Assembly (NCBI GenBank): GCA_963813715.1
Contig: CAWFAK010000005.1
Coordinates: 192,001 to 256,000 of the forward strand
Length of the DNA: 64,000 bases
Reading direction: 5' to 3'
Origin: an uncultured Planctomycetaceae bacterium
GTDB lineage: Bacteria; Planctomycetota; Planctomycetia; Planctomycetales; Planctomycetaceae
The notes under the pieces were generated by a model. It saw only the letters and a program-made list of their open reading frames with translations, made no database searches and was not told where the DNA came from. Position numbers and translations under genes: made by a program. Of the stretch, positions 53,569 to 64,000 are shown in pieces (the stretch's first letter is position 1; every line of letters starts with the position of its first letter).

Positions 53569-54342
53569 TCACCCCCCTGAATCACGAATCACTGCGGGTG
53601 GCTTGACCGCTGGTTGAGGCGGCCGAGCGGGTTCTTCAATTGCCTTCGTCCCCTGCTGCAGCTTCTGCAACTCGTCCCGTCTTTCTTGCGGGTCGAGGTT
53701 CGATTCCTCGAGGCAGCCTTGTCGCAGCGCGCCGCGTCCCTCAACGCCAGGGCTGCCAATCCCTGCCTCGCGTGCGGCTTTGCGGTTCACGCGGTAGATG
53801 CCGTCGCCGCAGGGCGGCAAGATGGTCTCCGCGGGAAAACAGATCAACTGGATGTTCCCGACAATCTCCTGGTGATCGCCAGGTTTTTCGAGGTCGTTGA
53901 TGTCGGTCACTCCGACCAGCCCGTCGTTTGTGATTTCGATCAGCGCCGATTCGTGTCGCACCTGGAGCGACGGGGTCAGGATCCAATCGCGCTTCGCCGC
54001 GTGCAACACGATGTGGCCTTGATTGTCCAACTGAAATCGTCCGCGGCGCGTGACATACATTCCGAGATCCTGCGGGTCGTCGGCCCGCATTAGCTGGAAA
54101 TAGCCTTCGCCATCAATGGCGAGATCAAGCGCGCGGCCCGTCTTGCGGATTTTTGTTGGTCGAGCGACAGGTCTGGGTGGAACCGCTTGTACTGCTTTAG
54201 CGACGACGGCTGCAGATTTGGGAGTAACGGAAGGGGACGCGTCCCTCTTTTGTGTGGAGTCAGAGCCGTCGGAGCCGAGAGCGGCTCTTGTAGCGAGCAA
54301 ACTCGCCGCCATAATTCCGACAACACGCGTTCGCCGCGCCAT
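53569..54342 (-). CDS. Atypical FlgG/FlgE/FlgF-like rod-domain protein
   Basis: TGRALDLAIDGEGYFQ, TRRGRFQLDNQG, LRQGCLEESNLD; lacks the canonical ANNLAN N-terminus. Confidence 0.7.
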   Translation of the reverse strand: MARRTRVVGIMAASLLATRAALGSDGSDSTQKRDASPSVTPKSAAVVAKAVQAVPPRPVARPTKIRKTGRALDLAIDGEGYFQLMRADDPQDLGMYVTRRGRFQLDNQGHIVLHAAKRDWILTPSLQVRHESALIEITNDGLVGVTDINDLEKPGDHQEIVGNIQLICFPAETILPPCGDGIYRVNRKAAREAGIGSPGVEGRGALRQGCLEESNLDPQERRDELQKLQQGTKAIEEPARPPQPAVKPPAVIRDSGG

Positions 54343-54410
54343 CGAGCGACTCCGGAAAGTTCAAAGCGGTGAGGCGTCCCCGCGAACTGCCAGACGGGCT
54401 CGCTCGCGAT

Positions 54411-54977
54411 TCACGGTTCGCCGCCGTCTTCCGGGAAGTATCTCCGCATCGTCTTCGCGCCGGAAGAGTCGTTGCGGATCGGGCGGACGCGGCCGTCGCG
54501 GAGTGTGAACATCTGGTCGTATTGGACGGCCGCTCCGACCTGGTTGCGAGCGCGGTACTTGAGTCGGCAGACCCGCTGCGGTCCTTCGTGTTCCAGATCC
54601 TCGACGTAGTCGAAGAATTCCGGATCGTCCTCGGCCGCCTCCTTGGCCGACATCAGCTGCTGACGATAAAACTCGTCGAGCGTGCGGGCCGGCCACCAGC
54701 GGATTTCGCGGGGGTGCGGATCGCGGCAGTTGGCCTGCACCCACGCGCGGACCGCGTCGCGATCGGGATCGGGCTTGATGTCGCCGCTGATCTCGACCCG
54801 GCGGCCCTCCGGGGGCAGGTCGTGCTTGAGGTAGGGAAGGCCGACCAGCACGAAGACGATCACGCCGATCACCGTGGCGATGATCACGACACGGTCGCGG
54901 AGCGAAGAGCCGTCGCTGCCGCGTCGACGGCGCGTGACGGGCCGCTCTGCCTCATTGAGTGTTTCGATCGTCCTCAT
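54411..54977 (-). CDS. Hypothetical single-pass membrane protein
   Basis: One TM helix; RLKYRARNQVGA motif. Confidence 0.7.
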   Translation of the reverse strand: MRTIETLNEAERPVTRRRRGSDGSSLRDRVVIIATVIGVIVFVLVGLPYLKHDLPPEGRRVEISGDIKPDPDRDAVRAWVQANCRDPHPREIRWWPARTLDEFYRQQLMSAKEAAEDDPEFFDYVEDLEHEGPQRVCRLKYRARNQVGAAVQYDQMFTLRDGRVRPIRNDSSGAKTMRRYFPEDGGEP

Positions 54978-55192
54978 CGGTCTTCCCTAACCAGCTTCCG
55001 CGCGAGAATCGGGCGAATTCTGCCGAGAAAGGGCCTCTGCGCCAAGATGTTTCGCCGCGGGGCGCGTTCCGGCGCGAACCTCGGCCGCCGCGCGCGTCTC
55101 GCCCTTGAACGCGGATTGTGGGGGTTCCGGGCCGGTCCTATAATCCCCGGCGACTGCGAAGGCCGCGTCGCGTGGATGGCGCGATGACTGGT

Positions 55193-55396
55193 GGGTGGCA
55201 CTGGCGGCTTGCCCGCCAGTGTCCGGGATTCAGCGTCTTAGCTCCGCCAGGCCCTCGCGATGCGTCGGGTTGAGACTTCCGACCAACCCGAAGCGTGAGG
55301 GACGGAAGCAACACGAATTCTCGGCCATTGGCTTAGCTGCCAGCGCCGAGCGTAACGACTAAAAACCACTGGCGGACAAGCCGCCAGTGCCACCCC
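55193..55396. repeat. REP cluster upstream of aspS
   Basis: Outer inverted pair ggtggcactggcggcttgcccgccagtg / cactggcggacaagccgccagtgccacc encloses an aacccga.gc-family pair. Confidence 0.8.
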
Positions 55397-55435
55397 GGAT
55401 GGAAGAACACTTCCGGGTTGATTAAGGATTGTCCT

Positions 55436-57210
<1,775 letters not shown>

Positions 57211-57270
57211 CTGCGCCCGGCGAGCGTCGGGCGTCAGCCCGATGGTGCTCGATACCAACCCGAAGCGTGA

Positions 57271-58253
57271 CAGCTTTTTGCGCGAGGAGTCATAAAGACT
57301 TGCGCAATAAAAAGTTGGTGCTACACATAGTCTCAATCGTAACCACACGAAAGGAGACGGATGTGGAACACCAACTCTGGAAGGCGATTTTGATCCTTCT
57401 CAAACAGGCGAGCAAGCGTCGTCGGCGCACGCGAGAACGATACGGGGCAGACGACATTGTGCAGGTTTGGCTGTGGGCCGTTCTGCACGGTCGGCCTGTG
57501 TCCTGGGCGTGCGATCTTCGGAACTGGCCGCTGCATGAGCGTCGCCGCAAATTGCCATCGTCGAGCACCATGTCGAGACGACTGCGGAGTGCCGAGGTCC
57601 AGCAAATGCTGCAAGAGATCGAACGTTCTGAACTGGCTCCTCGTGGGAACAAACCCCTGTATTGGATGATCGATGGCAAGCCTCTGCCGATCGGCGGTTG
57701 CTCGAAAGACCGGCAAGCTGGGTACGGCCGCGCCGCGGGCTGCAAAGCCAAAGGGTACAAGCTACACGCGGTGGTCGGCAGCGATGGCTCGATCGCTGCC
57801 TGGCGCGTGGCTCCCATGCAAAAGGATGAGCGGGCGATGGGGCGGCGGATGTTGAAGCAAGCGGCTGTGCAAGGGTACTTGCTCGCCGATGCAAATTTCG
57901 ACTCGAACCAGTTACACGACGTCTGCCTCGAACGCGGCGTGCAACTGGTGGCACCTCCGCGTTACGGATTTGGCCGTCGCCGTGGCCATCGGCGTCAGAG
58001 TCCCGCTCGGCTGCGATCTCTTGAACTGCTCTCGAATCCGCAAAGCTCGTTCGGCCGTGCCCTCCATCAAGAACGTAACGCGATCGAACGCTACTTCGGA
58101 TACTTGAGCACTTGGAGCGCCGGATTGCAGGCACTGCCCGCTTGGGTTCGCGGCCACCGACGCGTCCACCGCTGGGTGCAAGGCAAGCTCATCTTTACCG
58201 CCTTGCGACGGCGATGCCAAAAAACGACTTACGTCACGAGATGAAAAAAGTTG
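57271..58253 (+). mobile_element. IS element A (about 0.98 kb) inserted in an aacccgaagcgt(c/g)agcgaggga REP
   Basis: Ends cagcttttt / aaaaaagttg form an imperfect IR; flanks gtga / gtca; joining the flanks rebuilds the REP. Confidence 0.8.
57363..58244 (+). CDS. DDE transposase (DDE_Tnp_1-like; IS982/IS4/IS5-like)
   Basis: IDGKPL, GYKLH, LADANFD, RNAIERYF; AAGGAG RBS; frame intact. Confidence 0.88.
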   Translation: MEHQLWKAILILLKQASKRRRRTRERYGADDIVQVWLWAVLHGRPVSWACDLRNWPLHERRRKLPSSSTMSRRLRSAEVQQMLQEIERSELAPRGNKPLYWMIDGKPLPIGGCSKDRQAGYGRAAGCKAKGYKLHAVVGSDGSIAAWRVAPMQKDERAMGRRMLKQAAVQGYLLADANFDSNQLHDVCLERGVQLVAPPRYGFGRRRGHRRQSPARLRSLELLSNPQSSFGRALHQERNAIERYFGYLSTWSAGLQALPAWVRGHRRVHRWVQGKLIFTALRRRCQKTTYVTR

Positions 58254-58294
58254 GTCAGCGAGGGATCTTCGTATTTCCTCGGTCCCAAGCTCCC

Positions 58295-59276
58295 GAGCAT
58301 TTTTCATGAATTGACGTAAGTTCGTGTCGAGGCCCGCTTGATTGCGTTGAGAATCAGCTTCGCCTGCACCCAACGGTGAACTCTTCGGTGAGTGCGGACC
58401 CAAGGCGGCAGGTGCGTGAGTCCGCCTCCCCAATTGGTCAGATTCGCGAGGGATCGTTCGATGGTGTTCCGGAGCAGCATCAGGTCTCTCGCGAATTGCG
58501 GGTTCGGATTGTCAAACAGTTCGGCGGCCCGTCTTCGTCCGAGGCTCATTTTGGGTCGTCGGGACTCACACTTGCGGCCACCACGCAAGGGCGCCACGAG
58601 TTGAAGATCACCGCGCCGGCACAAACCTCGTGAAGTGGATTGGAGTCGTAGTTGGCATCGGCCAAGAGGTAGCCCTGGATGTCGGCTGTTCGCACCATGC
58701 GACGAGCCATCACCCGCTCGTCTTTGTTCATGGGCGCGATCCGCCAGGCGGCGACAAGCCCGTCAATTCCCTGGATTAAGTGCAGTTTATAACCCCGAGC
58801 GTTGCCGCGCTGGGCACGGCCAAATCCCGCCTGACGATCGCCGCTTGCGCCGCTCACTATCAGAGGTTTTCCGTCGATGACCCAAACCAGCGGCTTGTTG
58901 TCGGAAGGCTCGAAGACTGTCTGCTCCAAGACCGTGATCAAGCCCTGAACCTCCGGGTCGCGAAGTCTTCGACTCATCGTGCTGGAGGATGGAAGCGTTC
59001 GTCGCCTTTCGTGGATCGGCCAATTCGCTTTCAAAGTCGCCCAGAAGACCGGACGGTCGTGCACAACCGCCCAAAACCAGACCGCCGATGTCCTCGACGC
59101 TGAATTTCTCCCTCGCCCGACGCCTCGGCTTGTGCATCTCCTTCAACAGTCGCCAAATCGCCTTCCAGAGTTGGTCTTCCATGACCCCCCTCCTGCTTGT
59201 ATGGAAACAACAAAGGGCATCATCGAAGCCAACTCGTTTTTACGCAAGGCCTAACGTCGGTTCATGCAAAATCCTC
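58295..59276 (-). mobile_element. IS element B (paralogue of A) inserted in the left arm of a REPIN
   Basis: 26-bp IRs with 21/26 matches; 4-bp direct repeat tccc at 58291-58294 and 59277-59280. Confidence 0.85.
58304..59182 (-). CDS. DDE transposase, split over three frames
   Basis: MEDQLWKAI, IDGKPL, GYKLH, LADANYDSN, RNTIER, LPPWVRTHRRVHRWVQAKLI; collinear with transposase A. Confidence 0.8.
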
Positions 59277-59381
59277 TCCCGCTTGGGACCGCAGTCAACC
59301 GAAGCTCCGCTTCGGCCAGTCCGCGTTGGAGCCGACGATCGAAGCAGGAGCTTCGAGGGGATGCGTTCCCAAGCGGAGCTT

Positions 59382-60565
59382 GAGGGTGTCCGGGAATTGA
59401 ATTGAGCTAAACCCAAGGGCCTCCGGGCGTTTATGTTTTTTCTGCCAAGAAGAAACTAAACGCCGCAGGAGGGCCCAAGGATGGGAACTCGTGCCAAGGC
59501 CGGCACGTCGTTGGAAGCGTTGGTCAAGCTGGCGATGCCGCTTTTGAGGGAAGCCGAGCGGCAATGTCCGAGAACAGGGCCGGGAGCAAAGCCGATCATT
59601 CCGGACTGGTTCGTCGGAGTGTTGATTATGGTGGCTGTGCTGAAACGAAAGAAGACCAAGTCCGCCCAATTTCGTTTCGTAACCGACAGCGCGAACCGGC
59701 ACAGATTCGAGACCTCACCGGAGAAAAGCAGTTTCCCTCGCGAAGCACGTTTTTCAGTCGGTATCGACGCTGTCATCGGCTCTTTACGGAGGCCATCAAG
59801 CGGCAAGGGCAGCAAGCGATCGCGGAGCAGATCGTCGACGCCAGCCAGGTCGCGGTGGACAAGAGCCTGGTTCCCGCCCGAGGTCGTCCGTGGCACAAGC
59901 ACGAAAAGGAACAGGGGAAGATTCCCCGGGGTGTGGATCGCGAGGCGGCGTGGGGCTACTCCGAACATCACGGCTGGGTCTACGGCTACAGCTTCGAGGT
60001 GGTGGTCTCTTGCAAGCGGAAAAACACGGTGTTTCCGCTGCTGGCTTCGGTGGGAACCGGGAGCGCCGCGGAGGTGCGAACGTTCGCGGAAAAAATTGAC
60101 CATTTACCGCGTGAAGTGAAATGCGTCTCAGTGGATGCGCCTACGACGCAGGTTACCTCGGTGAGCGCATCGAATTTGATCAGGCAGGGCGGCGGACCGG
60201 CCGTCGCTTCTTGTGTCCCGAAAATCCCCGCTACCCTCGCAAAAAGACCAAGCGCTGCGGGGCCGACGCGGCGCAGGCCCACGGCCGCGAGCTGCGACGA
60301 GCCAGAAAGAAGTACTTCGAGAGCGCCGCCGGGCGACGCCTCTATCGACGGCGCAGCCGCACGGTCGAGCCCTTCAACAGCTGGTTGAAGTCACTCTTCG
60401 AACTGGACACGCGTGCGTGGCATCGCGGACTCGTCAACAACCAAACTCAGATCCTTGCCGCCATCTTCGTGTATCAATTGCTTGTGCGATACAACCACCG
60501 CTGCGGAAACAACAACGGACGACTTCGTTGGCTCACCGATGCCCTCTGAATTCCCGGACACCCTC
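59382..60565 (+). mobile_element. IS element C (about 1.18 kb) inserted in the right arm of the same REPIN
   Basis: Perfect 17-bp IR gagggtgtccgggaatt; 11-bp direct repeat aagcggagctt on both sides. The TIR/TSD boundary is ambiguous because the target ends are palindromic. Confidence 0.9.
59481..60549 (+). CDS. DDE transposase, frameshifted twice
   Basis: VAVDKSL, AAWGYS..HGWVYGY, D.AYDA, LYRRRSRTVEPFNSWLK; AGGAGG RBS. Confidence 0.8.
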
Positions 60566-60614
60566 AAGCGGAGCTTGGGAACGAGGAAAGTGCGACCTGC
60601 ATCCCCGCGAGGGA

Positions 60615-61136
60615 TCACTGCGGTCGGTCTGTCCGCGCCAACTGCTCGACTGCATTCTTGCGCAGAATTGGGTCATCGGACTGTGTCAGCCGCTCCAGCT
60701 TCGCGTTGGTCAGACTGCACGGCAGGTTTCCAAGCCCCCAGATTGCCTTTACCGCCAGCGCCCTCGCCTCGTCATAGTCAAGGTACTCGGGAATCCACTG
60801 AGTCGCGAGAAACAGAGCATCAACTGCGGCGGGGGTCCGCAAGTCGTCTAACGCACTAACCACGTCTTCATGAGACGCATGCCAATCTTCGTCGACCAAT
60901 GGGCAGAGAGTCTGAACTTGTTCGGGACGAAAGCCAAACACAAAACCAACGATCAGCGCGCATAACAAATCATCAGCGTCCCGCGCCGCGCACGCTTGTT
61001 CGAGGAGGTGCGAAGCGACTTTGCCCTGCTCCACAGCAGATGGAAAGCGCTGGAGAAAATCTTCGCTGGAAATCCTGCAAGTGCCGTCGGGCTGGGTAAC
61101 GAGGCCCCAACAAAGCTCTCGTTCCTCGTCAGTCAT
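60615..61136 (-). CDS. HEAT-repeat-like hypothetical protein
   Basis: EDWHASHEDVVSAL...AVDAL...ALAVKAIWGLG; more AT-rich codons. Confidence 0.6.
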   Translation of the reverse strand: MTDEERELCWGLVTQPDGTCRISSEDFLQRFPSAVEQGKVASHLLEQACAARDADDLLCALIVGFVFGFRPEQVQTLCPLVDEDWHASHEDVVSALDDLRTPAAVDALFLATQWIPEYLDYDEARALAVKAIWGLGNLPCSLTNAKLERLTQSDDPILRKNAVEQLARTDRPQ

Positions 61137-61296
61137 TCGCGGCTTCCTATCGTCGCTCGGCATCGTCGAAGCCGCGTAGCTCCAGATCCTGAGCACTGCC
61201 ATCAAGCCAACACAGCCCAAATCCACAACGAGTCTCGAACAAAGCTGCGGGGGAGCCATAAAGCGGCCCGGCCGAGCCGTCTGACGCCCGCCCTAG

Positions 61297-62136
61297 TCAG
61301 TTCCAGCGGCAGATTTGCGTGCTGGCTTCCTGCAGGTGGTGCTCGAGGCTCGCCTTTTCGTCGTTGGGGCAGTTGCGCAGGCAGGAGCGCAACAGGTCGA
61401 GGGCGTGCCCCGGACGGTTGGCGTGGAGCGAGATCAGGGCCAGGTCGCGGCGTTCCTGGTAGGAGGCCGGCTGGAGGGCCGTCAGGCGATGCTGCACCAT
61501 CCAGGCGGCCGTCCAGTTCGACTGCCGGGCGTAGAGCACCTTCAAGTTATTGAGCATGCGGATCACGATGGCCCGCGGGCCGACCGGCTTGAGGGCCACC
61601 CGCAGATCCGAGCGTTTGAGCCCGACGCTTTGGCTCAGCCACCGCGAGCATTCGTTCCGCGAGAGGACGCGGCCGCGGGAAAAAGCGTCGACGAACAGCG
61701 TGCCGCCGACCGATTCGTAGCGAGTCAAAAAATGTTTGGGTGCCGAGACGCCGCGGAGATCGATTCCCACCCGCTGGGCGACGGCCATATACAGCACCGA
61801 GAGCGTGATCGGCAGTCCGCGGCCGGTTTCGATCACGCGGTGCAGGTAACTGCTGTCGGCCCGCTCAAAACACTCATCGTCGCCGAAAATCTTGTGCCGT
61901 TCGGCCAGGCACTCGGATAGGAGTTGCAGGCTCTCGGGCTCGCCGTGCGAGCGGACGATCGAGCTGGAAAGCTGGCTGGCGCAGCAGTCGAGCCAATCGA
62001 GCACGGGGCGAAAATCGAGTCCCGGATAGGCGTCGCGCGCAAGCTCCAGCGCCAAAATCGTCAGATCGACGTCGCCCCGCCGCGTGAGCAGCTTCAAAAA
62101 TTCCGAGTCGCACGCGTAAGCGGGTTCGGCAGCCAT
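61297..62136 (-). CDS. SirB1-family transglutaminase-like plus TPR protein
   Basis: SYLHRVIETGRGLPITLSVLY, GVSAPKHFL, RMLNNLK, ERRDLA. Confidence 0.88.
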   Translation of the reverse strand: MAAEPAYACDSEFLKLLTRRGDVDLTILALELARDAYPGLDFRPVLDWLDCCASQLSSSIVRSHGEPESLQLLSECLAERHKIFGDDECFERADSSYLHRVIETGRGLPITLSVLYMAVAQRVGIDLRGVSAPKHFLTRYESVGGTLFVDAFSRGRVLSRNECSRWLSQSVGLKRSDLRVALKPVGPRAIVIRMLNNLKVLYARQSNWTAAWMVQHRLTALQPASYQERRDLALISLHANRPGHALDLLRSCLRNCPNDEKASLEHHLQEASTQICRWN

Positions 62137-62344
62137 CGGCCCTTCTCAAACGGGGCAAGTTGTCATCGAGATGCTGGGAACGAACGCACTCGGAAGCCGG
62201 CAGAAATCGTCGATGGGCCGGCGACGAACGTCAGCGCCCGGTTATAACTTGTCGGCGTCGCTCGGGCAATGCGTTCTCGCGCGGAGAAACTGAGGCGACT
62301 GCATCGCGCGGAGTTTTTCTAGCGCGCGAATGATACAATCACTA

Positions 62345-62404
62345 TTGACGTGCGGGCACTCTTGACGTCAGGGCACTCTTGACGTCAGAGCAATCTTGAC
62401 GTAC
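62345..62404 (+). promoter_or_regulatory. 17-bp tandem repeat (3.5 copies) with TTGACG boxes and a partial CIRCE-like motif
   Basis: ttgacgtgcgggcactc / ttgacgtcagggcactc / ttgacgtcagagcaatc / ttgacgtac, upstream of Hsp20-lon. Confidence 0.6.
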
Positions 62405-62526
62405 GGCAACGTGTCGTGATCGGGCGTTGCGGCGCAGGCGCCGCGATCGGGCATGGCGGTCGCAAGGCGGCGCGATCGGACACAGGTCGAAAATTTCGGG
62501 GCGAAGCGAAATCTCGGAGCGAAGCG

Positions 62527-62893
62527 ATGGCCAGGTCCTCGCATCACACGTATCTCAAACATCTGTTGTGGAATTCGCCGGACGTCGGGCGACACGGCTG
62601 GGTGCCGGCCGCCGACGTCTACGAACTGCACGCACGGTTGGATGATCAAAGTCGAACTGGCCGGCATCCGGCCGCAAGACGTGAGCGTGACGCTCGACGG
62701 CGACGTGCTGCGGATCGTCGGCCGTCGCCGCGACTGGGTCGCGCACGAAACGCGCGGCTGCCGCTCGCTCGAAATCTCCTACGAGCGGTTCGAGCGGAAC
62801 TTCGATCTGGCGAGCGTGCCCGACGGTTCGCGGATCACCACCGAATATCGGGACGGTATGCTGCTCATCAAGGTGATCCCGCAAGTGAAATGA
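62527..62893 (+). CDS. Hsp20/alpha-crystallin protein (frameshift near 62630)
   Basis: WVPAADVYE, then IKVELAG...LRIVGRR...EISYERFER...YRDGMLLI. Confidence 0.85.
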
Positions 62894-63045
62894 TCCCGCA
62901 GTGAAATGACCCACAATGAGCGGGGCCTGCTCGCGACAGCAGCTGCCCGCTCTCACGATGACTTCAGCTCGCTCACGACGACAACGCCTCGCGACACCCG
63001 CACACCACCGAGAATCTCACTCCGACGAATCGGGGAATCGACGAC

Positions 63046-64000
63046 ATGGCCGACATCGCCTTGCCCCTCTTGCCGCTGAAGAACTCGGTCCTCTTTCCCT
63101 TCGCACTGATGCCGCTGGCCGTCGGGCGACCGCAATCGCTGGCGTCGCTGGAGGCGGCCTCCAAGGGCGAGGAGAAGCTGGTCGCCGTCTTCACGCAGCG
63201 GAATGCCGAGATCGACGATCCCAAGCTCGAGGATCTGTCGCACTTCGGCACCAAGGCCGTCATCCGCCGAATGGGCCGCACCGACGGCGTCGTGCAGGCG
63301 CTGGTCCAGGGCCTCGAGCGGATCGAATTGGTCGGGCTCGACCTGTCGGCCACGCATCCCACCGCCACCGTCCGCTCGTCTCCGCTGCCGGCCGACACCA
63401 GTCCCGAGGCCGAAGGGCTCGAGCGCGAACTGATCGAGCTGGCCGCCGGCATTCAGGACCTCGTTGGGGCCGAGCCGCGGATCGACTTCGCCGAGCTGGC
63501 CTCGCAGCTCGATGAGCCGGGCCAGATCGTCTACCTGTTGGCGTCGATGATCGGCGTCGAGGCGACCAAGGCGCTCGCCATTCTCGAAGCGCCGACGCGG
63601 CTCGAAGCCATGCGGCTGTTGCACGAGGAACTGCTTCGCGAAAAACAGGTGGCCGAGGTTCGCCAGAAGATCAACAAGCAGGCCTCCAGCGAAATGAGCA
63701 AGGAGCAGCGCGAATACCTGCTCCGCCAGCAGCTCCGCGCCATCAACGAAGAGCTGGGCGAAAAAAGCCCCGAGCAGGCCGAAGTCGTCCAGCTCCGCCA
63801 GCGGCTCGACGAGATCAAGCTGCCCGACGAAGTGCGGCAAGAAGCCGAGCGCGAGCTGAAGCGGCTCGAGTCGACGCCCGCGGCAGCTCCCGATTTCCAG
63901 GTGACGCGGGGACATTTGGAACTGTTGATCGAGCTGCCTTGGTCGGAAATGACGATCGACAACCTCGACCTGGTCGCCGCCCGCCGCGTGCTCGACGAAG
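63046..64000 (+). CDS. lon: Lon protease (N-terminal part; runs off the window)
   Basis: LPLLPLKNSVLFP...VGR; QREYLLRQQLRAINEELGE; ELPW...DNLDL..ARRVLDE. Confidence 0.92.
   Translation, partial: MADIALPLLPLKNSVLFPFALMPLAVGRPQSLASLEAASKGEEKLVAVFTQRNAEIDDPKLEDLSHFGTKAVIRRMGRTDGVVQALVQGLERIELVGLDLSATHPTATVRSSPLPADTSPEAEGLERELIELAAGIQDLVGAEPRIDFAELASQLDEPGQIVYLLASMIGVEATKALAILEAPTRLEAMRLLHEELLREKQVAEVRQKINKQASSEMSKEQREYLLRQQLRAINEELGEKSPEQAEVVQLRQRLDEIKLPDEVRQEAERELKRLESTPAAAPDFQVTRGHLELLIELPWSEMTIDNLDLVAARRVLDE

Noticed and set aside
58304..60549. Programmed ribosomal frameshifting in transposases B and C
   Set aside because: Paralogue A is a single frame, no clear slippery site was seen, and indels are common across the window.

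Overview
High-GC bacterial chromosomal segment, very probably from Planctomycetota (TIGR03067-type protein, DUF1573 protein, planctomycete-type beta-barrel porin, ECF sigma factor next to a Ser/Thr kinase). Core genes include ftsY, carB, aspS, a Maf-like gene, an Hsp20-lon pair, an APC permease, glycogen/glycoside enzymes and a GMC oxidoreductase. Many genes, including aspS and carB, are broken by small indels, which points to read or assembly errors, so frameshifts should not be read as biology without the reads. No rRNA, tRNA or CRISPR array was recognised. The most interesting signal is non-coding: several families of REP/REPIN-like palindromes and heptamer-built inverted repeats. (1) Three DDE insertion sequences after aspS each sit in the middle of a REP palindrome, two of them in the two arms of a single REPIN. 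(2) A heptamer inverted-repeat element occurs once empty and once around an orphan immunity-like gene. (3) Direct copies of a GTAG-type REPIN bracket immunity-like genes plus a truncated paralogous remnant. Family assignments come from motif recognition by eye, not database searches.
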